Below are positions 32,068 to 43,700 of a stretch of 64,000 nucleotides of DNA, piece after piece. Origin of the DNA: Candidatus Marinacidobacterales bacterium (GTDB lineage Bacteria; Acidobacteriota; Vicinamibacteria; Marinacidobacterales; SMYC01); contig OZ250169.1 in NCBI GenBank assembly GCA_965237955.1, forward strand, positions 5,216,001 to 5,280,000. The letters are read 5' to 3'. A program made the translations under genes and the position numbers. Every line of letters begins with the position of its first letter. The first letter of the stretch is position 1. The notes beneath the pieces were generated by a model that had not been told where the DNA came from, ran no database searches, and worked only from the letters and a program-made list of their open reading frames with translations.

Positions 32068-32110
32068 GTATAACCACCAGATGGCGTCGGACGTGGCCTC
32101 ACCCTTCGGG
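32068..32110 (+). repeat. Truncated attC (left arm)
   Basis: GTATAAC complements the cassette start GTTATAC at 31334; right arm absent. Confidence 0.45.
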
Positions 32111-32299
32111 TAGCATGGCTGGCGAAATGGGGGTCAAAACCTTTGCGGAACGCTGTGCCAATGGAGGACATCCAGAATGCGACGCAGATCTTTGCCGTAG
32201 TGACCGACGGGAGTTTCATTGACTGTCGAGAGTTCGATGGCCTACTGGAGGCAGCGAAGCAACATCGAGCAAGTGAAGCGAAGAATTGAGGTCAGAGCG

Positions 32300-32338
32300 G
32301 CCTAACTCTGAATTCGAGCGGACGGCACCGAGGCTTCG
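32300..32338 (+). repeat. Truncated attC (left arm)
   Basis: GCCTAAC TCTGAATTCGAGCGGACGG just after a gene tail ending TGA at ~32289; right arm absent. Confidence 0.45.
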
Positions 32339-32574
32339 TGAAGAGCCAAAATCTCCGGAAGAAAAATCGTGGGTTCGCCCATATCCTGGCATCGAATAGT
32401 GGAGTTAGATTCACGAATTCTCCAAACGCCTGTATGCGCGATGCCAGACAGCGAGCGAGGGGAGATGAGAGAGTGAAAGAAATCACGACTTGTTTTCATC
32501 CTCTCGGGGATATTGGTGCTCAGTTTCTCGTTCTCTGGCGTGGGTATCGCCTCCGCGGAGGCAGCCGTGAGGCT

Positions 32575-32997
32575 TCACGGATGCGTGGAATCATCCACGG
32601 TGAAAGCGACCTCTTGGCCATAGGCCACCTCGAGCGTGTGCCCCGTCGGGATCCTCGATCAGGGCCCATTGCCCACGGGGGGGCCGGAGTCTTTCGGGCC
32701 GATTAGCAGCCGGCCTTGCTCGTCAGCTACCCGGCACAGCCGATCGACCTCTTCTCGGCTCGCACAGCCCACGCCCAGGTGTGCATCGGGGCGCAGGGCG
32801 TGTTCGACCTTCTTTCTCTCCAACAGAACCAACACGAACGGTCGCGTATGGTCGGTCAACCACACAACGCCAAGGCGTTCCGTCTCATCGACCCTCCGAT
32901 GAACGACTTTCATCGACGCGAAGGTTTCGTAGAAGCTGATGCTTGCATCCAGGTCGGTGCAGGGAAGAGCGATGTGAGTCAGTCCGATGTCCGGCAT
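32575..32997 (-). pseudogene. VOC/glyoxalase family protein, frameshifted near the C-terminus
   Basis: LTHIALPCTDLDASISFY...AHLGVGCASREEVD...GPPVG / EDPDG / HTLEVAYGQ. Confidence 0.8.
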
Positions 32998-33290
32998 GCA
33001 CTCACAAAGTAGTCGCAATGGAGGTGGGCGCAAGCAAGAAGAGAGATCATGGGGTGGGCCGCCGACGAGCGTTCCTCGATAACCGGTTACTCTGACACGT
33101 ATTCCGGAATGGGGCATGATAAGGTTCAGCGGACGGGAACCAAGATCAGCTACCGTCGCGACAGGGCTAACGGCTTCCATCAGGTGTCCCAGCTGTAACC
33201 TTGCGAATCCGATGATGTGAGTCGACATCCTGCGAGTCCAGCTCATTCATACTTCCAAGCCTCTTTCTATTGGGCTCGAGGGGAGGACTC

Positions 33291-33786
33291 ATGAGTGTTT
33301 GGATTCGTCGGATTGTGTTGATCGTTTCCATCGGCCCGTTGCTCGTCAGCTGTCAGAGGGCCGCAGAACCTGTCGCTGAGCCAACCGCCGCGAGCGGCTC
33401 GGTGCAGGAGGGGAGTTGTTGAACCTGTTGGACGAGTTCCCAAAGCGTGGAATCGGCACGACCTCGATGCGCTGATGTCGATGATGACCGAAGACTGTGT
33501 GTTCGAGCTTCAGGTGGTGATGTCGGCCGATGGCACGCGCTACGAAGGACAGGAGACGGTGCGAGCGTCGCTCGCTTCCGTTTTTGAACGATTTCCCGAT
33601 GCGCACGGGGGCGACGCTCAGCATGTCGTTTCGGGCGATCGCGGCTTCTGTCAATGGACGTTCACCGGCACACTTGAGGACGGACGACGAGTGGAAGTCA
33701 ATGGCTGCGATCTCTTGACGCTTCGAGACGGAAAGATTGCCGTGAAGAACTCGTACCGGAAGAATCGACCGCCGTTCGAATCGTGA
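33291..33786 (+). pseudogene. SnoaL/NTF2-like lipoprotein, frameshifted near 33410-33445
   Basis: LLVSC lipobox; AWNRHDLDALMSMMTEDCVF...GCDLLTLRDGKI. Confidence 0.75.
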
Positions 33787-33799
33787 GGGAGATGTCAGC

Positions 33800-34215
33800 G
33801 TGTCTACAACGATCATTCCGACATTGCGGTATCGCGACGCAGCGGCAGCCATCGAGTTTCTGTGCAACGCGTTCGGTTTCGAGAAGCTGCTCGTGGACCC
33901 GGTGAGAACGGCACTATTGCTCATGCGCAGCTCACGTACGGAAACGGTATGATCATGCTCGGCTCGTCTCGTGACGATGACTTCGACAAGCTGCAGAAAC
34001 CGCCGGGCGACGTCGGCGGGGTCGGAACCCAGAGTCCTTACGTCATTGTCGCGGACGCCGATGTGCACTACCGTCAGGCCGTGGATGCGGGGGCTGAGAT
34101 CGTCGTGGACATCGCTGACCAGGACCACGGTGGTCGAATGTACTCGTGTCGGGACCCCGAAGGCCACCTGTGGAACTTCGGCACGTACGATCCGTGGCTA
34201 AGTGAACACGTCTAG
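33800..34215 (+). pseudogene. VOC/bleomycin-resistance family protein, frameshift ~33897
   Basis: IIPTLRYRDAAAAIEFLCNAFGF / HAQLTYGNGMIMLG...RDPEGHLWNFGTY. Confidence 0.8.
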
Positions 34216-34218
34216 ACG

Positions 34219-34821
34219 TTGACTTCATCCTTGCTCGAGATCGAAGGACTCCGGTATCTCGATCGTGGTCCTGTCGACCTCGTCATCGAGCCGGGTGAGT
34301 GCGTTGCGGTCATGGGAGCGTCGGGCGCGGGCAAGACGCTCTTGTTGCGAGCGCTCGCGGACCTCGATCCGCACGAGGGGAGGGTGTGTCTCGACTCTCT
34401 GGTGTGCGCCGAGATGCCCGGGCCGGAATGGCGCCGCAAAGTCGGGATGCTCCCAGCCGAGAGCGCGTGGTGGGTAGACACGGTGGCGCCGCACTTCCCG
34501 AAAGGTTATTCCGGTGAAGCGCTAGCACCGTACGGCTTCGAGCCCGACGCGTTGTCGTGGAGTGTGCAGCGGCTCTCGACCGGCGAGCGCCAGCGTCTCG
34601 CCATCGCGCGGCTTCTCGCCCGCACCCCGAAAGCGCTCTTACTGGATGAGCCGACCGGGAGTCTCGACCCGGACAACGTCGAGCGGATGGAGCACTTGCT
34701 GGCGCAGTACCGTGAGGACCGCGGTGCACCTGTGCTGTGGGTCAGCCACGATCCCGACCAGGCGAAGCGCGTCGCGACGCGTCACCTCACACTGCGCGAC
34801 GGGCGGCTGGTGGAGACCTGA
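34219..34821 (+). CDS. ABC ATP-binding protein, FetA/YbbL-like
   Basis: GASGAGKT, LSTGERQR, LLLDEPT; adjacent to a UPF0014 permease. Confidence 0.85.
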   Translation: MTSSLLEIEGLRYLDRGPVDLVIEPGECVAVMGASGAGKTLLLRALADLDPHEGRVCLDSLVCAEMPGPEWRRKVGMLPAESAWWVDTVAPHFPKGYSGEALAPYGFEPDALSWSVQRLSTGERQRLAIARLLARTPKALLLDEPTGSLDPDNVERMEHLLAQYREDRGAPVLWVSHDPDQAKRVATRHLTLRDGRLVET

Positions 34822-35621
34822 TGAGCATGATGGGAGCCATCTCGCTCACGCCGCTCGATCTCGCTCTGGCGGCAACGCTCGTGGTAGCGCTCGCGATTTT
34901 GAGCTACGCCGCGTCGCTCGGCCTCACGCGTCAGGTACTCATTTCCGCCGCTCGCACGACAGTGCAGTTGCTGCTCGTAGGTCTCGTGTTGCGAGCTCTT
35001 TTCCAAAGTGAAGGATGGCTGTGGCTTTTTGGCATCGCGTCCGTCATGTTGCTCGTCGCCGGGAGAGAAGTGCTGGCGCGGCAAGCCCGTCCGCTCGCGG
35101 GCGGTTGGGGGTTCTCGGTTGGGACGCTGTCGATGTTCATCTCGGCGTTCTCGATCACGGTGTTCGCGCTCGTGCTCATCATTGGCGCAACGCCTTGGTA
35201 TTTGCCTCAGTATGCGATCCCTCTTCTCGGTATGCTTCTCGGCAACACGATGAACGGTGTCGCCCTGGGGATGGGACGGTTCACCGAGACCGCGCATCGT
35301 GAGCGGCCGGTCATCGAGGGTCGACTGTTGCTGGGTCAAACCCGCGAGGAAGCGACGTCCGACTTGCGCCGAGAGAGCGTGCGCACCGGCATGGTTCCCA
35401 TTCTCAACGCGATGGCGGCGGCCGGGATCGTGAGCCTGCCGGGCATAATGACTGGCCAGATACTCGCCGGAAGCGCACCGGTCGAAGCGGTGAAGTATCA
35501 GATCTTGATCATGTTCCTCATCGCGGCGGGGACCGGCTTCGGTGTGGTGTTTTCGGTGTGGCTGACCGCGCGACGTCTGTTCGACGAGCGTCATCGTCTC
35601 CGCCTCGATCGCCTCCGTTGA
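34821..35621 (+). CDS. fetB: Iron export ABC permease FetB/YbbM (UPF0014)
   Basis: RTTVQLLLVG, PQYAIPLLGMLLGNTMN, GIVSLPGIMTGQILAG..P.EAVKYQILIM. Confidence 0.88.
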   Translation: MSMMGAISLTPLDLALAATLVVALAILSYAASLGLTRQVLISAARTTVQLLLVGLVLRALFQSEGWLWLFGIASVMLLVAGREVLARQARPLAGGWGFSVGTLSMFISAFSITVFALVLIIGATPWYLPQYAIPLLGMLLGNTMNGVALGMGRFTETAHRERPVIEGRLLLGQTREEATSDLRRESVRTGMVPILNAMAAAGIVSLPGIMTGQILAGSAPVEAVKYQILIMFLIAAGTGFGVVFSVWLTARRLFDERHRLRLDRLR

Positions 35622-36574
35622 GTACAATCGACGGCGTGGAAGCCGCCATCTGCTGTAGCGACCTTCGGAAGACGTACGCCGCGAAGCCGCCGGTGGAAGC
35701 GCTCGTCGGAATCGACCTGAGCGTGCGTTGCGGCGAATGCTTCGGCCTTCTTGGCCCGAACGGCGCGGGTAAGACCACCACGATCGAGATTCTCGAGGGT
35801 TTGCTCGATGCGTCGTCGGGCGACGTCGAGCTCCTCGGGATGACGTGGGGCAAAGACGACGACGCGATCAGGCATCGCATCGGCATCTCGCTCCAAGAGA
35901 CCGAGCTCGCCGAAAAGCTCTCCGTTCGTGAAACGCTCACGCTGTTTCGGAGCTTCTACCGCAAAGGAATTTCCGCGGATGACGCGATCGCTCTCGTGTC
36001 GCTCGAAGAAAAGGCAGGAAGCTGGGTCGGTAAGCTTTCGGGAGGCCAGAAGCAACGGCTCGCGGTGGCGTCCGCGCTCGTCGGTGATCCGGAGGTGCTG
36101 TTCATGGACGAGCCCACGACGGGACTCGACCCGCAGTCGCGCCGCCAGCTCTGGGGCATCATTCGAGATTTTCGCAGCCGCGGCCGCACGGTGCTTCTGA
36201 CGACGCACTACATGGACGAGGCCGAGCGACTATGTGATCGCGTCGCCATCGTCGATCACGGCAAAGTCATCGCTCTGGGCTCCCCGCGGGAGCTCATCGC
36301 CGGACTCGGAGGCGAGCACGTGATCGAGTTCTCGCTCGACGGCGAAACGGCGGAAGACGGGTTCAACGTTTTGCCAGGAGTCAACTCGGTGGTGCGGGAA
36401 GAGGAAACATTCCGTCTCACGGTGTCGGCGCCTCACGTTACCGTGCCTGCGCTCATGTCGAAACTTTCGGACGCCGCGCTCGAGCTTACGAGCTTGACGA
36501 CTCGGCACGCAAGTCTCGAGGACGTCTTCGTATCGCTCACCGGCCGCCATCTGCGGGATGATGCCGATGTCTGA
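35618..36574 (+). CDS. ABC-2 type exporter ATP-binding protein
   Basis: GPNGAGKTT, LSGGQKQR, DEPTTGLDPQSR, TTHYMDEAE. Confidence 0.92.
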   Translation: MSTIDGVEAAICCSDLRKTYAAKPPVEALVGIDLSVRCGECFGLLGPNGAGKTTTIEILEGLLDASSGDVELLGMTWGKDDDAIRHRIGISLQETELAEKLSVRETLTLFRSFYRKGISADDAIALVSLEEKAGSWVGKLSGGQKQRLAVASALVGDPEVLFMDEPTTGLDPQSRRQLWGIIRDFRSRGRTVLLTTHYMDEAERLCDRVAIVDHGKVIALGSPRELIAGLGGEHVIEFSLDGETAEDGFNVLPGVNSVVREEETFRLTVSAPHVTVPALMSKLSDAALELTSLTTRHASLEDVFVSLTGRHLRDDADV

Positions 36575-37616
36575 TAACAAGAGCCCGCTCGGCCAACTCA
36601 TCATCAATCGTATTCGAGAGTTCTATCGAGAACCGGCGGTGCTCTTTTGGGTCTATGGCTTCCCGATTCTTCTCGCGGTGGGGCTCGGCGTCGCTTTTCG
36701 CGAGCAGCCATCAGAGAGAGTCGTCGTCGACGTTCAGCGGGTCGAGAGAAGTGGCGAAGTGTTGTCTGTTCTCGAAGCCGACGAGCGCTTCGTGGTGTCC
36801 GAGTGCGACGAGGATGAATGCCGTCGCCGACTCCGCACCGGTAAGACCGCTATCGTCGTCGTTGTCTCGGGTGTCGAAGATCTCGCGATCGAATATCTGT
36901 TCGACCCGACGCGACCCGAGAGTGTCTTGGCCCGGCGCATCGTCGACGATGCGGTGCAAGCCGCGAACGGACGGGTCGACGCGGTGCTCGCAACCGACGT
37001 TCACTTCAGCGAGCCGGGTGCTCGGTACATCGATTTTCTGATTCCTGGCATCATCGGGATGAACCTCATGGGCGGAGGGCTTTGGGGTGTCGGTTTCGTC
37101 GTCGTCGACATGCGGATTCGAAAACTCCTCAAACGATTCATCGCGACGCCGATGAAGAAAAGCGATTTCATGATCGCGGTGATGGTCAGCCGCATGTTGT
37201 TCTTGATTCCCGAGATCATCATCGTTTTGTTGTTTGCCCGGTGGGCGTTCGGGGTCGTCGTCCACGGAAACCTCGTTGCCCTGGGCGCGGTGATCACGTT
37301 GGGCGCGGTCGCGTTTTCTGGAATCGGACTTCTCGTGGCGAGCCGGGCGCAGAAGCTCGAGACCGTGTCGGGCTTGATGAACCTCGTGATGTTGCCGATG
37401 TGGCTCGTGAGCGGAATTTTCTTTTCCTACGAACGATTCCCTGATGCCGCGATTTCCGTGATCCGCGCTCTGCCGCTGACGCCGCTGAACGACGCGCTGC
37501 GCGCCGTGATGCTCGACGGGTCGGGGCTCGGCTCGCTCGGCATCGAGTTGGTGACTCTCGCCGCCTACGCCGTGATTACGTTCGCGCTCGCTTTGAAGTG
37601 GTTTCGGTGGATCTAA
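36567..37616 (+). CDS. ABC-2 type exporter permease
   Basis: YIDFLIPGIIGM, LKRFIATP, LVSGIFF, LPLTPLNDALR. Confidence 0.9.
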   Translation: MSDNKSPLGQLIINRIREFYREPAVLFWVYGFPILLAVGLGVAFREQPSERVVVDVQRVERSGEVLSVLEADERFVVSECDEDECRRRLRTGKTAIVVVVSGVEDLAIEYLFDPTRPESVLARRIVDDAVQAANGRVDAVLATDVHFSEPGARYIDFLIPGIIGMNLMGGGLWGVGFVVVDMRIRKLLKRFIATPMKKSDFMIAVMVSRMLFLIPEIIIVLLFARWAFGVVVHGNLVALGAVITLGAVAFSGIGLLVASRAQKLETVSGLMNLVMLPMWLVSGIFFSYERFPDAAISVIRALPLTPLNDALRAVMLDGSGLGSLGIELVTLAAYAVITFALALKWFRWI

Positions 37617-37673
37617 TTCGTTGCGCCATCGGCCATCAGCTCCTTAGACCTCGACGCCGTGCCCGAGTAGGAG

Positions 37674-37988
37674 GTGACCGTGTATCTCTATCTCACGACC
37701 AAGGGTCGGAAGACGGGTCGGGACCGCGAGATCGAGATCTGGTTCACCGAGCTCGAGGGACGCTATTACCTGATCTCTGAAAAGCGGGACGAGGCTCATT
37801 GGGTGCAGAATCTCAGACGGGAGCGGCGCGTTCGTTTCCGTGTCGGCGACAAGCAGTACGCGGGGATGGCGCACCCTCTGGATGGGGCGGAGGACGCCGA
37901 CCTTGCTGAGCGCGTTCGACGATTATCTGATGCAAAATATGGCTGGAGTGCGGGACTCGTAGTGGAGCTGAGGCCGGATCGACGCTAA
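37674..37988 (+). CDS. Deazaflavin-dependent nitroreductase-family (Ddn-like) protein
   Basis: [10 protein letters not shown]...WF...WVQNLR; GGAGG just upstream. Confidence 0.75.
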   Translation: MTVYLYLTTKGRKTGRDREIEIWFTELEGRYYLISEKRDEAHWVQNLRRERRVRFRVGDKQYAGMAHPLDGAEDADLAERVRRLSDAKYGWSAGLVVELRPDRR

Positions 37989-38038
37989 GATGCGTCACCG
38001 GCGGGGTCATCGAGAATAGGGAAGAATCGAAAGGCGAG

Positions 38039-38611
38039 ATGGCCACAACCTACAGCAACAATCAATTCCGTTCAGGCCTCAAAGTGCTTCTGGACGGCGA
38101 TCCTTGCGTCATGATCGAAGTCGAGTTCGTCAAGCCCGGCAAGGGCCAGGCTTTCACGCGGGTCAAGTATCGAAATCTCAAAACCGGGCGTGTTCTCGAA
38201 AAGACGTTCAAATCGAGCGAGGGCGCCGAGGCTGCCGACGTCGTCGACACGAAGATGCAATACCTCTACAATGACGGCGAGTTCTGGCACTTCATGGACC
38301 CGAACAGCTACGAGCAGTATCAAGCCGACGAGGCCGCGATGACCGATGCGTCCAAGTGGCTCAAGGAAGAAGCGGAGTGCTCGGTCACGCTCTACAACGA
38401 CGCGATCATCCAGGTCACGCCGCCGATGTTCGTCGAGCTCAAGGTCGTGGAGACCGAGCCCGGCATCCGCGGTGACACCGCGGGTTCCGGCGGCAAGACC
38501 GCTACGCTTGAGACCGGCACGGTCGTTCGCGTACCTCTCTTCGTCAACGAAGGCGAGACGCTCAAGCTCGACACCCGCACTGGCGAGTACGTCAGCCGCA
38601 TCAAAGAGTGA
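38039..38611 (+). CDS. efp: Elongation factor P
   Basis: [28 protein letters not shown]. Confidence 0.98.
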   Translation: MATTYSNNQFRSGLKVLLDGDPCVMIEVEFVKPGKGQAFTRVKYRNLKTGRVLEKTFKSSEGAEAADVVDTKMQYLYNDGEFWHFMDPNSYEQYQADEAAMTDASKWLKEEAECSVTLYNDAIIQVTPPMFVELKVVETEPGIRGDTAGSGGKTATLETGTVVRVPLFVNEGETLKLDTRTGEYVSRIKE

Positions 38612-39555
38612 GTCGCGAGCTCTGTTGGCAGCCCACTGCGCCACTCGAGGCGCTGCGCCTCCGGGCTGAGCTCCTCGCTCGCATCCGCGGCTTCTTCGAA
38701 ACCCGCGGCGTCCTCGAGGTCGAAACACCCGTTCTCGGTCACGCGACGGTAACGGACCCATATATCGAAAGCATCCGAGCGGGGAATCTGTTTCTCCAGA
38801 CCTCGCCCGAGTATGCGATGAAGCGCCTCCTGGCGGCGGGCTCCGGCCCCATTTTCCAAATCTGCAAAGCCTTCCGGGCTGCGGAGAGCGGCTCGCGCCA
38901 CAACCCCGAGTTCACCATGCTCGAGTGGTACCGGCCCGGTTTCGACCACCATGATCTCATGGACGAGGTGGACCTCCTTCTTAAGAAGGTAGTCGGCGCG
39001 GGTGACGCCGAACGTGAAACCTATGAGGGTCTTTTCCAACACCATGTGGGAGCAAACCCTCACCGAGCGGATGCGGCCGAGCTCGAGCGCGCGGGACGCG
39101 CCCACGGGGTAACGGTTTCGGCGAGCTCGTCGCTCTCGCGGGAAGACTGGCTGAACCTGCTGATGGCGCAAGTGATCGAGCCGAAACTCGGGCAGAAAGT
39201 GCCGGTGTTCGTCTACGACTACCCGGCCGATCTAGCCGCGCTCGCCCGAATCCGTCCGGGCGACCCCGCGGTGGCGGAGCGTTTCGAGGTCTATTTTCGG
39301 GGAACGGAACTTGCAAACGGCTACCACGAGCTTACGGACGCTCGCGAACAGCGTGAGCGCTTCAGGCGCGATGTCGAGAAGCGGCGCGCGTTGGGCTACG
39401 ACGATGTCGAGCCCGACGAGCGGCTTCTCAGGGCGCTCGAGGCGGGAGTCCCGGCTTCGGCCGGAGTCGCTCTCGGAGTCGATCGCCTGGTCATGATCGC
39501 GGCTTCGGCGCACTCGTTGCGCGACGTTCTGAGCTTTTCTAGTGACAGGGCCTGA
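38608..39555 (+). CDS. epmA: EF-P lysine (R)-beta-lysine ligase
   Basis: [49 protein letters not shown]; overlaps efp. Confidence 0.95.
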   Translation: MSRELCWQPTAPLEALRLRAELLARIRGFFETRGVLEVETPVLGHATVTDPYIESIRAGNLFLQTSPEYAMKRLLAAGSGPIFQICKAFRAAESGSRHNPEFTMLEWYRPGFDHHDLMDEVDLLLKKVVGAGDAERETYEGLFQHHVGANPHRADAAELERAGRAHGVTVSASSSLSREDWLNLLMAQVIEPKLGQKVPVFVYDYPADLAALARIRPGDPAVAERFEVYFRGTELANGYHELTDAREQRERFRRDVEKRRALGYDDVEPDERLLRALEAGVPASAGVALGVDRLVMIAASAHSLRDVLSFSSDRA

Positions 39556-39584
39556 AGTCTTGTCCGCCTCGTTCTTCCAAGCTC

Positions 39585-40559
39585 ATGAAGCCGTTTGCGA
39601 ACATACTCGTCGTTGTTGGTGTCGCGTCCGCGCTTGCTGGCGCGAGCGCAGTGTGCGCGGAGACGGTTCACTTCACCGATGGAACACGCATGGAAGTGGC
39701 AAGCTACGAGATTCGCGACAATGTCGTGATTCTCTTGACCTCGGACGGGAAACTGCGGTCGGTTCCGAGAAGCTACGTCGATTTGGACGCGCTTGTCGAC
39801 AAAGAAGCGTTGGTCGCCGAAGCCATCGAGCTCATGGGGCTTCGTCGCCTCACCGACGAGATCGCATCCTCAGCGCGACAGGCCGCCGCGGGAATCGACG
39901 AAGGCTCTCCCACATCGAAGATGCTGGTCGACGCGATGTCGGAAGGCTTCGCGTCCGAGCGCATCTACCGAGTCGCCGAGGAGACCTTTCGCGAGAAAGC
40001 GACCGGCGTGCGCCTCGGCGCCGCTCTCGAATGGCTGCGCTCGCCCTTCGCGCGCCGAATGGAGCGCGCCGAGTCGAGCGGGACTCGAGACTCGCTCGAT
40101 AGCTACATCGCGGGGCTCGAGTCGGCGCCGCCGTCAGGGGATCGAGTCGAGCTTCTTCTTCGTCTCGACCACGCGAGCGGTACCAGTGACGCCGCGGTGG
40201 AGATGCAGGTCGCGATGATGAAGGCGCTGCTCCAAGGTATGTATCTTTCGGGACAGGCGGGGCCGGCAGGACAGGCGGGGCCGGGCGCCGACCACGCGAT
40301 TGAGCAAGCGGTCGAACAGGCGCGGCCCAAGCTTCGACGGAAGACGCGCAACCGAATCCAGTTGTCGCTGCATTTCATGTATCGCGATGTGTCCGACGAC
40401 GAGCTCGCGCAATACCTTGCTTACCTCGAGTCTGAAGACGGCGAGTGGCTCAGGCGGGTGCTTCTGAAGGCGCTGTTTGCGGCGATGGAAGAAGGAGCGC
40501 GGCGGTCGGGCGAGGTGTTGGCGGAGCGTTTGACGGAGCTTACGAAGTTGCAGGTCTAG
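39585..40559 (+). CDS. Hypothetical secreted protein
   Basis: Signal peptide, long helical ORF, MYRDVSDDELAQY motif. Confidence 0.65.
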   Translation: MKPFANILVVVGVASALAGASAVCAETVHFTDGTRMEVASYEIRDNVVILLTSDGKLRSVPRSYVDLDALVDKEALVAEAIELMGLRRLTDEIASSARQAAAGIDEGSPTSKMLVDAMSEGFASERIYRVAEETFREKATGVRLGAALEWLRSPFARRMERAESSGTRDSLDSYIAGLESAPPSGDRVELLLRLDHASGTSDAAVEMQVAMMKALLQGMYLSGQAGPAGQAGPGADHAIEQAVEQARPKLRRKTRNRIQLSLHFMYRDVSDDELAQYLAYLESEDGEWLRRVLLKALFAAMEEGARRSGEVLAERLTELTKLQV

Positions 40560-40604
40560 CTGCCCTTCGGACAGACGATCGCGTCAATCGCGCTTCGTTT
40601 GTAG

Positions 40605-40680
40605 CGCCCCCCTCACCCGATGGCGCTTCGCGCCATCTCCGTGAAACTCTCTCCCCCCGTGGGGGGAGAGGACAGGGGCG
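40605..40680. repeat. REP-like composite palindrome
   Basis: GATGGCGC-TTC-GCGCCATC and CTCTCCCCCC-GT-GGGGGGAGAG hairpins. Confidence 0.55.
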
Positions 40681-40704
40681 GGGAGAACGGTGTAGACTTC
40701 GGCC

Positions 40705-43700
40705 ATGAAACGCTTGGGTATGTTTGCTATCGGTTGGTTACTTGCGAGCAGCGGGCTCGTGTTTTCACAGGGAAGCCACAACGACTATGAGGAGAACGCT
40801 GCGAACGTTCTGGTGGATCACGCGCTCCTCGAGGGATTGGAGTTTCGAGACGTCGGCTTCACGCGTGGTGGACGATCCACCGCCGCCGTTGGCGTTCCGG
40901 AGCAGCCGCTCGTCTACTATTTCGGCGGGACCGGCGGTGGCGTGTTCAAGACCGCCGACGCCGGCAACAACTGGGAGAACGTGACCGACGGTTTCCTCGG
41001 TGTGGGATCGATCGGCTCCATCGCCGTGGCTCCATCGGACCCGAACGTCGTCTACGTCGGCACGGGATCGGCGTGCCCACGAGGCAATGTCTCTGCCGGG
41101 GACGGTATCTACAAATCGACGGATGCGGGCAAGACGTGGAAGCACATCGGTCTTCGTGATGCCGGCCAGATCGCCAAGATCCGCGTGCATCCGAACAACG
41201 CTGACCACGTCTACGTGGCCGCGCTCGGGTACATGTTTGGCTCGAATAAAGAACGCGGCGTCTTCCGCTCGATGGACGGCGGCGTGGAATGGGAGCACGT
41301 TCTTCCGATTAGCGATCGTACGGGCGTCGTCGATCTATCGATGGACGCGAACAACCCACGAATCCTTTTCGCGGGCGCGTGGGCGGCGGAGCGCAAACCG
41401 TGGGCGATGAACTCCGGCAGCGAAGACGACGGCATCTACCGCAGTGTCGACGCCGGAGACACCTGGAAGCGTCTCGAAGGCGGGCTTCCCACGGGAATCG
41501 TCGGGAAGACGAGCGTGGCCGTTTCACCCGCGAATTCGGATCGCGTGTGGGCGCTCATCGAAGCCGAGGGCGACAAAGGCGGTGTATACCGATCGGACGA
41601 CGGCGGTGAGAAATGGACGCGCATCACCGGCGACGCGAAACTGCGGCAACGTCCCTGGTACTACATCCACATCTATGCCGACCCGAAAGACGAGAACACC
41701 GTCTACGCGTTGAACACGGGCTTCTACAAATCCATCGATGGTGGCAAAACCTTCGACGAGCGCATTCGCGTGCCCCACGGCGATAACCACGATCTCTGGA
41801 TCAACCCGGACAACCCGATGAATATGATCAACGCCAACGACGGCGGCGCGAACGTGACCTTCAACAGCGGCGGCTCGTGGTCCAGTCTCCGGAACCAGCC
41901 AACGGCGGAAATCTACCGAGTGTTCGTCGATGACCAGTGGCCTTACCGCATCTATGGCTCCCAACAGGACAACAGCACCATCTCGGTTCCGAGCCGAAGC
42001 GGCGGCGGCTTCTCTCTGGTTCCCGATTGGTACTCCGTCGGGGGGTGCGAAAGCGGTCACATCGCTGTCGATCCGCGCGACCCCGACATTATTTATGCGG
42101 GTTGCTACGGCGGCAGCATTACTCGGGTGAACCTGAAGACCGGAGAGTCGCGGCAAATCCTCGCTTATCCGCAGCTTCAACTCGGCGCGGCGGCGCGCGA
42201 TCTCGACTATCGATTCCAATGGAACGCGCCGATTCGACTCTCACCGCAAGATCCCGACATCCTCTACCACGCGTCTCAAGTCGTTCACATGTCGCGAGAC
42301 GACGGGCAAAGCTGGAGCGTCATCAGCCCCGACCTCACCACGAACAATCCGGAGCATCAGGACTACGCCGGAGGGCCGATCACGTATGACAGCACCGGTG
42401 TCGAAGTCTACAACACCGTTTTTTCGTTCGAAGAGTCACCCCATACGCTGGGAGAGCTTTGGGCGGGCTCCGACGATGGGCGAGTACATATCTCGCGCGA
42501 TCGCGGCGCCACCTGGACCGAGATCACACCGGCGGGAATGCCCGAAGGCGGCACCGTCAACGTCGTCGAGCTTTCGGCGCACGCGCCCGGACGCGCTTTC
42601 ATTGCCGTCTACCGGTATCGCGAGAACGATTTCCGTCCCTACATTTTCCGCACCAACGACTACGGCGAGAGTTGGGACTTGCTCACCGACGGCACGAACG
42701 GTATTCCGGCGACGAACTTCACCAGGGCGATCCGTGAAGATCCCGATCGCAAGGGTCTTCTCTACGCCGGTACCGAGTTCGGGCTCTACATCTCGTTCGA
42801 CGACGGCGCTCGCTGGCAGCGGTTCCAGCTGAACTTGCCGGTGACCCCGGTGACCGACCTCCGCGTCCATCGCAAGAACCTGGTCGTGTCGACGCAGGGA
42901 CGCGCTTTCTGGGTTCTCGACAACCTCACGCCGCTTCATCAAATCGGTGATGAAATCGCGAGCGCCGATCACTGGCTTTACGCCCCCCGCACCGCGTTCC
43001 GGGGAACAGCCCTCGGGGGCGCGACGATCGACTATTACTTGAAGGACGTTCCTGAAGGCGAGATCACGCTCGACATTCTCGACGCGAACGGGAATTCAGT
43101 GCGGACCTACCATGGTGAAGCGGGAGACGAGCCCGAGCCCGAGAGCGACGGATTCTTCAGTGAACCTGACCTCAAACGAATACCGGTCGAGCAGGGCCTG
43201 AATCGATTCAACTGGGATCTTCGCGAGAAAGGTCCCGAGCTTCCGGAGGGCGTCGTGCACTGGGGCGGAACACCCGGTCTCAGCGTCGTTCCGGGCGCTT
43301 TCGAAGTCCGGCTCACTGTAGGCGAGTGGAGCCAGACGGAACCACTCGCGGTGGCGCTCAATCCGAGCGTCGAGACCACGGTCCGAGAGCTACGCGAGCA
43401 GTACGACCTCGGCAAGGAAGTCGCTTCGGAGATCGAGCTCCTCTTCGGCGCGCTGACCGATTTGCGTGACGTCAAGGCACAGTCGGCCGAAATCGTCGCG
43501 CGCATTGAGAAAGCGAAGGCGGGCGAGGAGAACGAAGAGATTGCCGCGGCGGCGAAAGCGCTCGACGAGAAGCTCATGGAAATCGAAGAGAAGATCACTC
43601 AGGTGAAGAGCAAGTCGCGCCAGGACCCGATCAACTTTCCGCCGATGATCGACAACCAGCTTACGACCCTCTACGGCTACATCGTCAGGTCGGACCATCC

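Noticed and set aside
32300-32410. GTTAGAT at 32404 as the right end of the attC starting at 32300
   Set aside because: The expected complementary right arm (CCGCTCAATTC-like) is missing; only a 6-bp match that could be chance.
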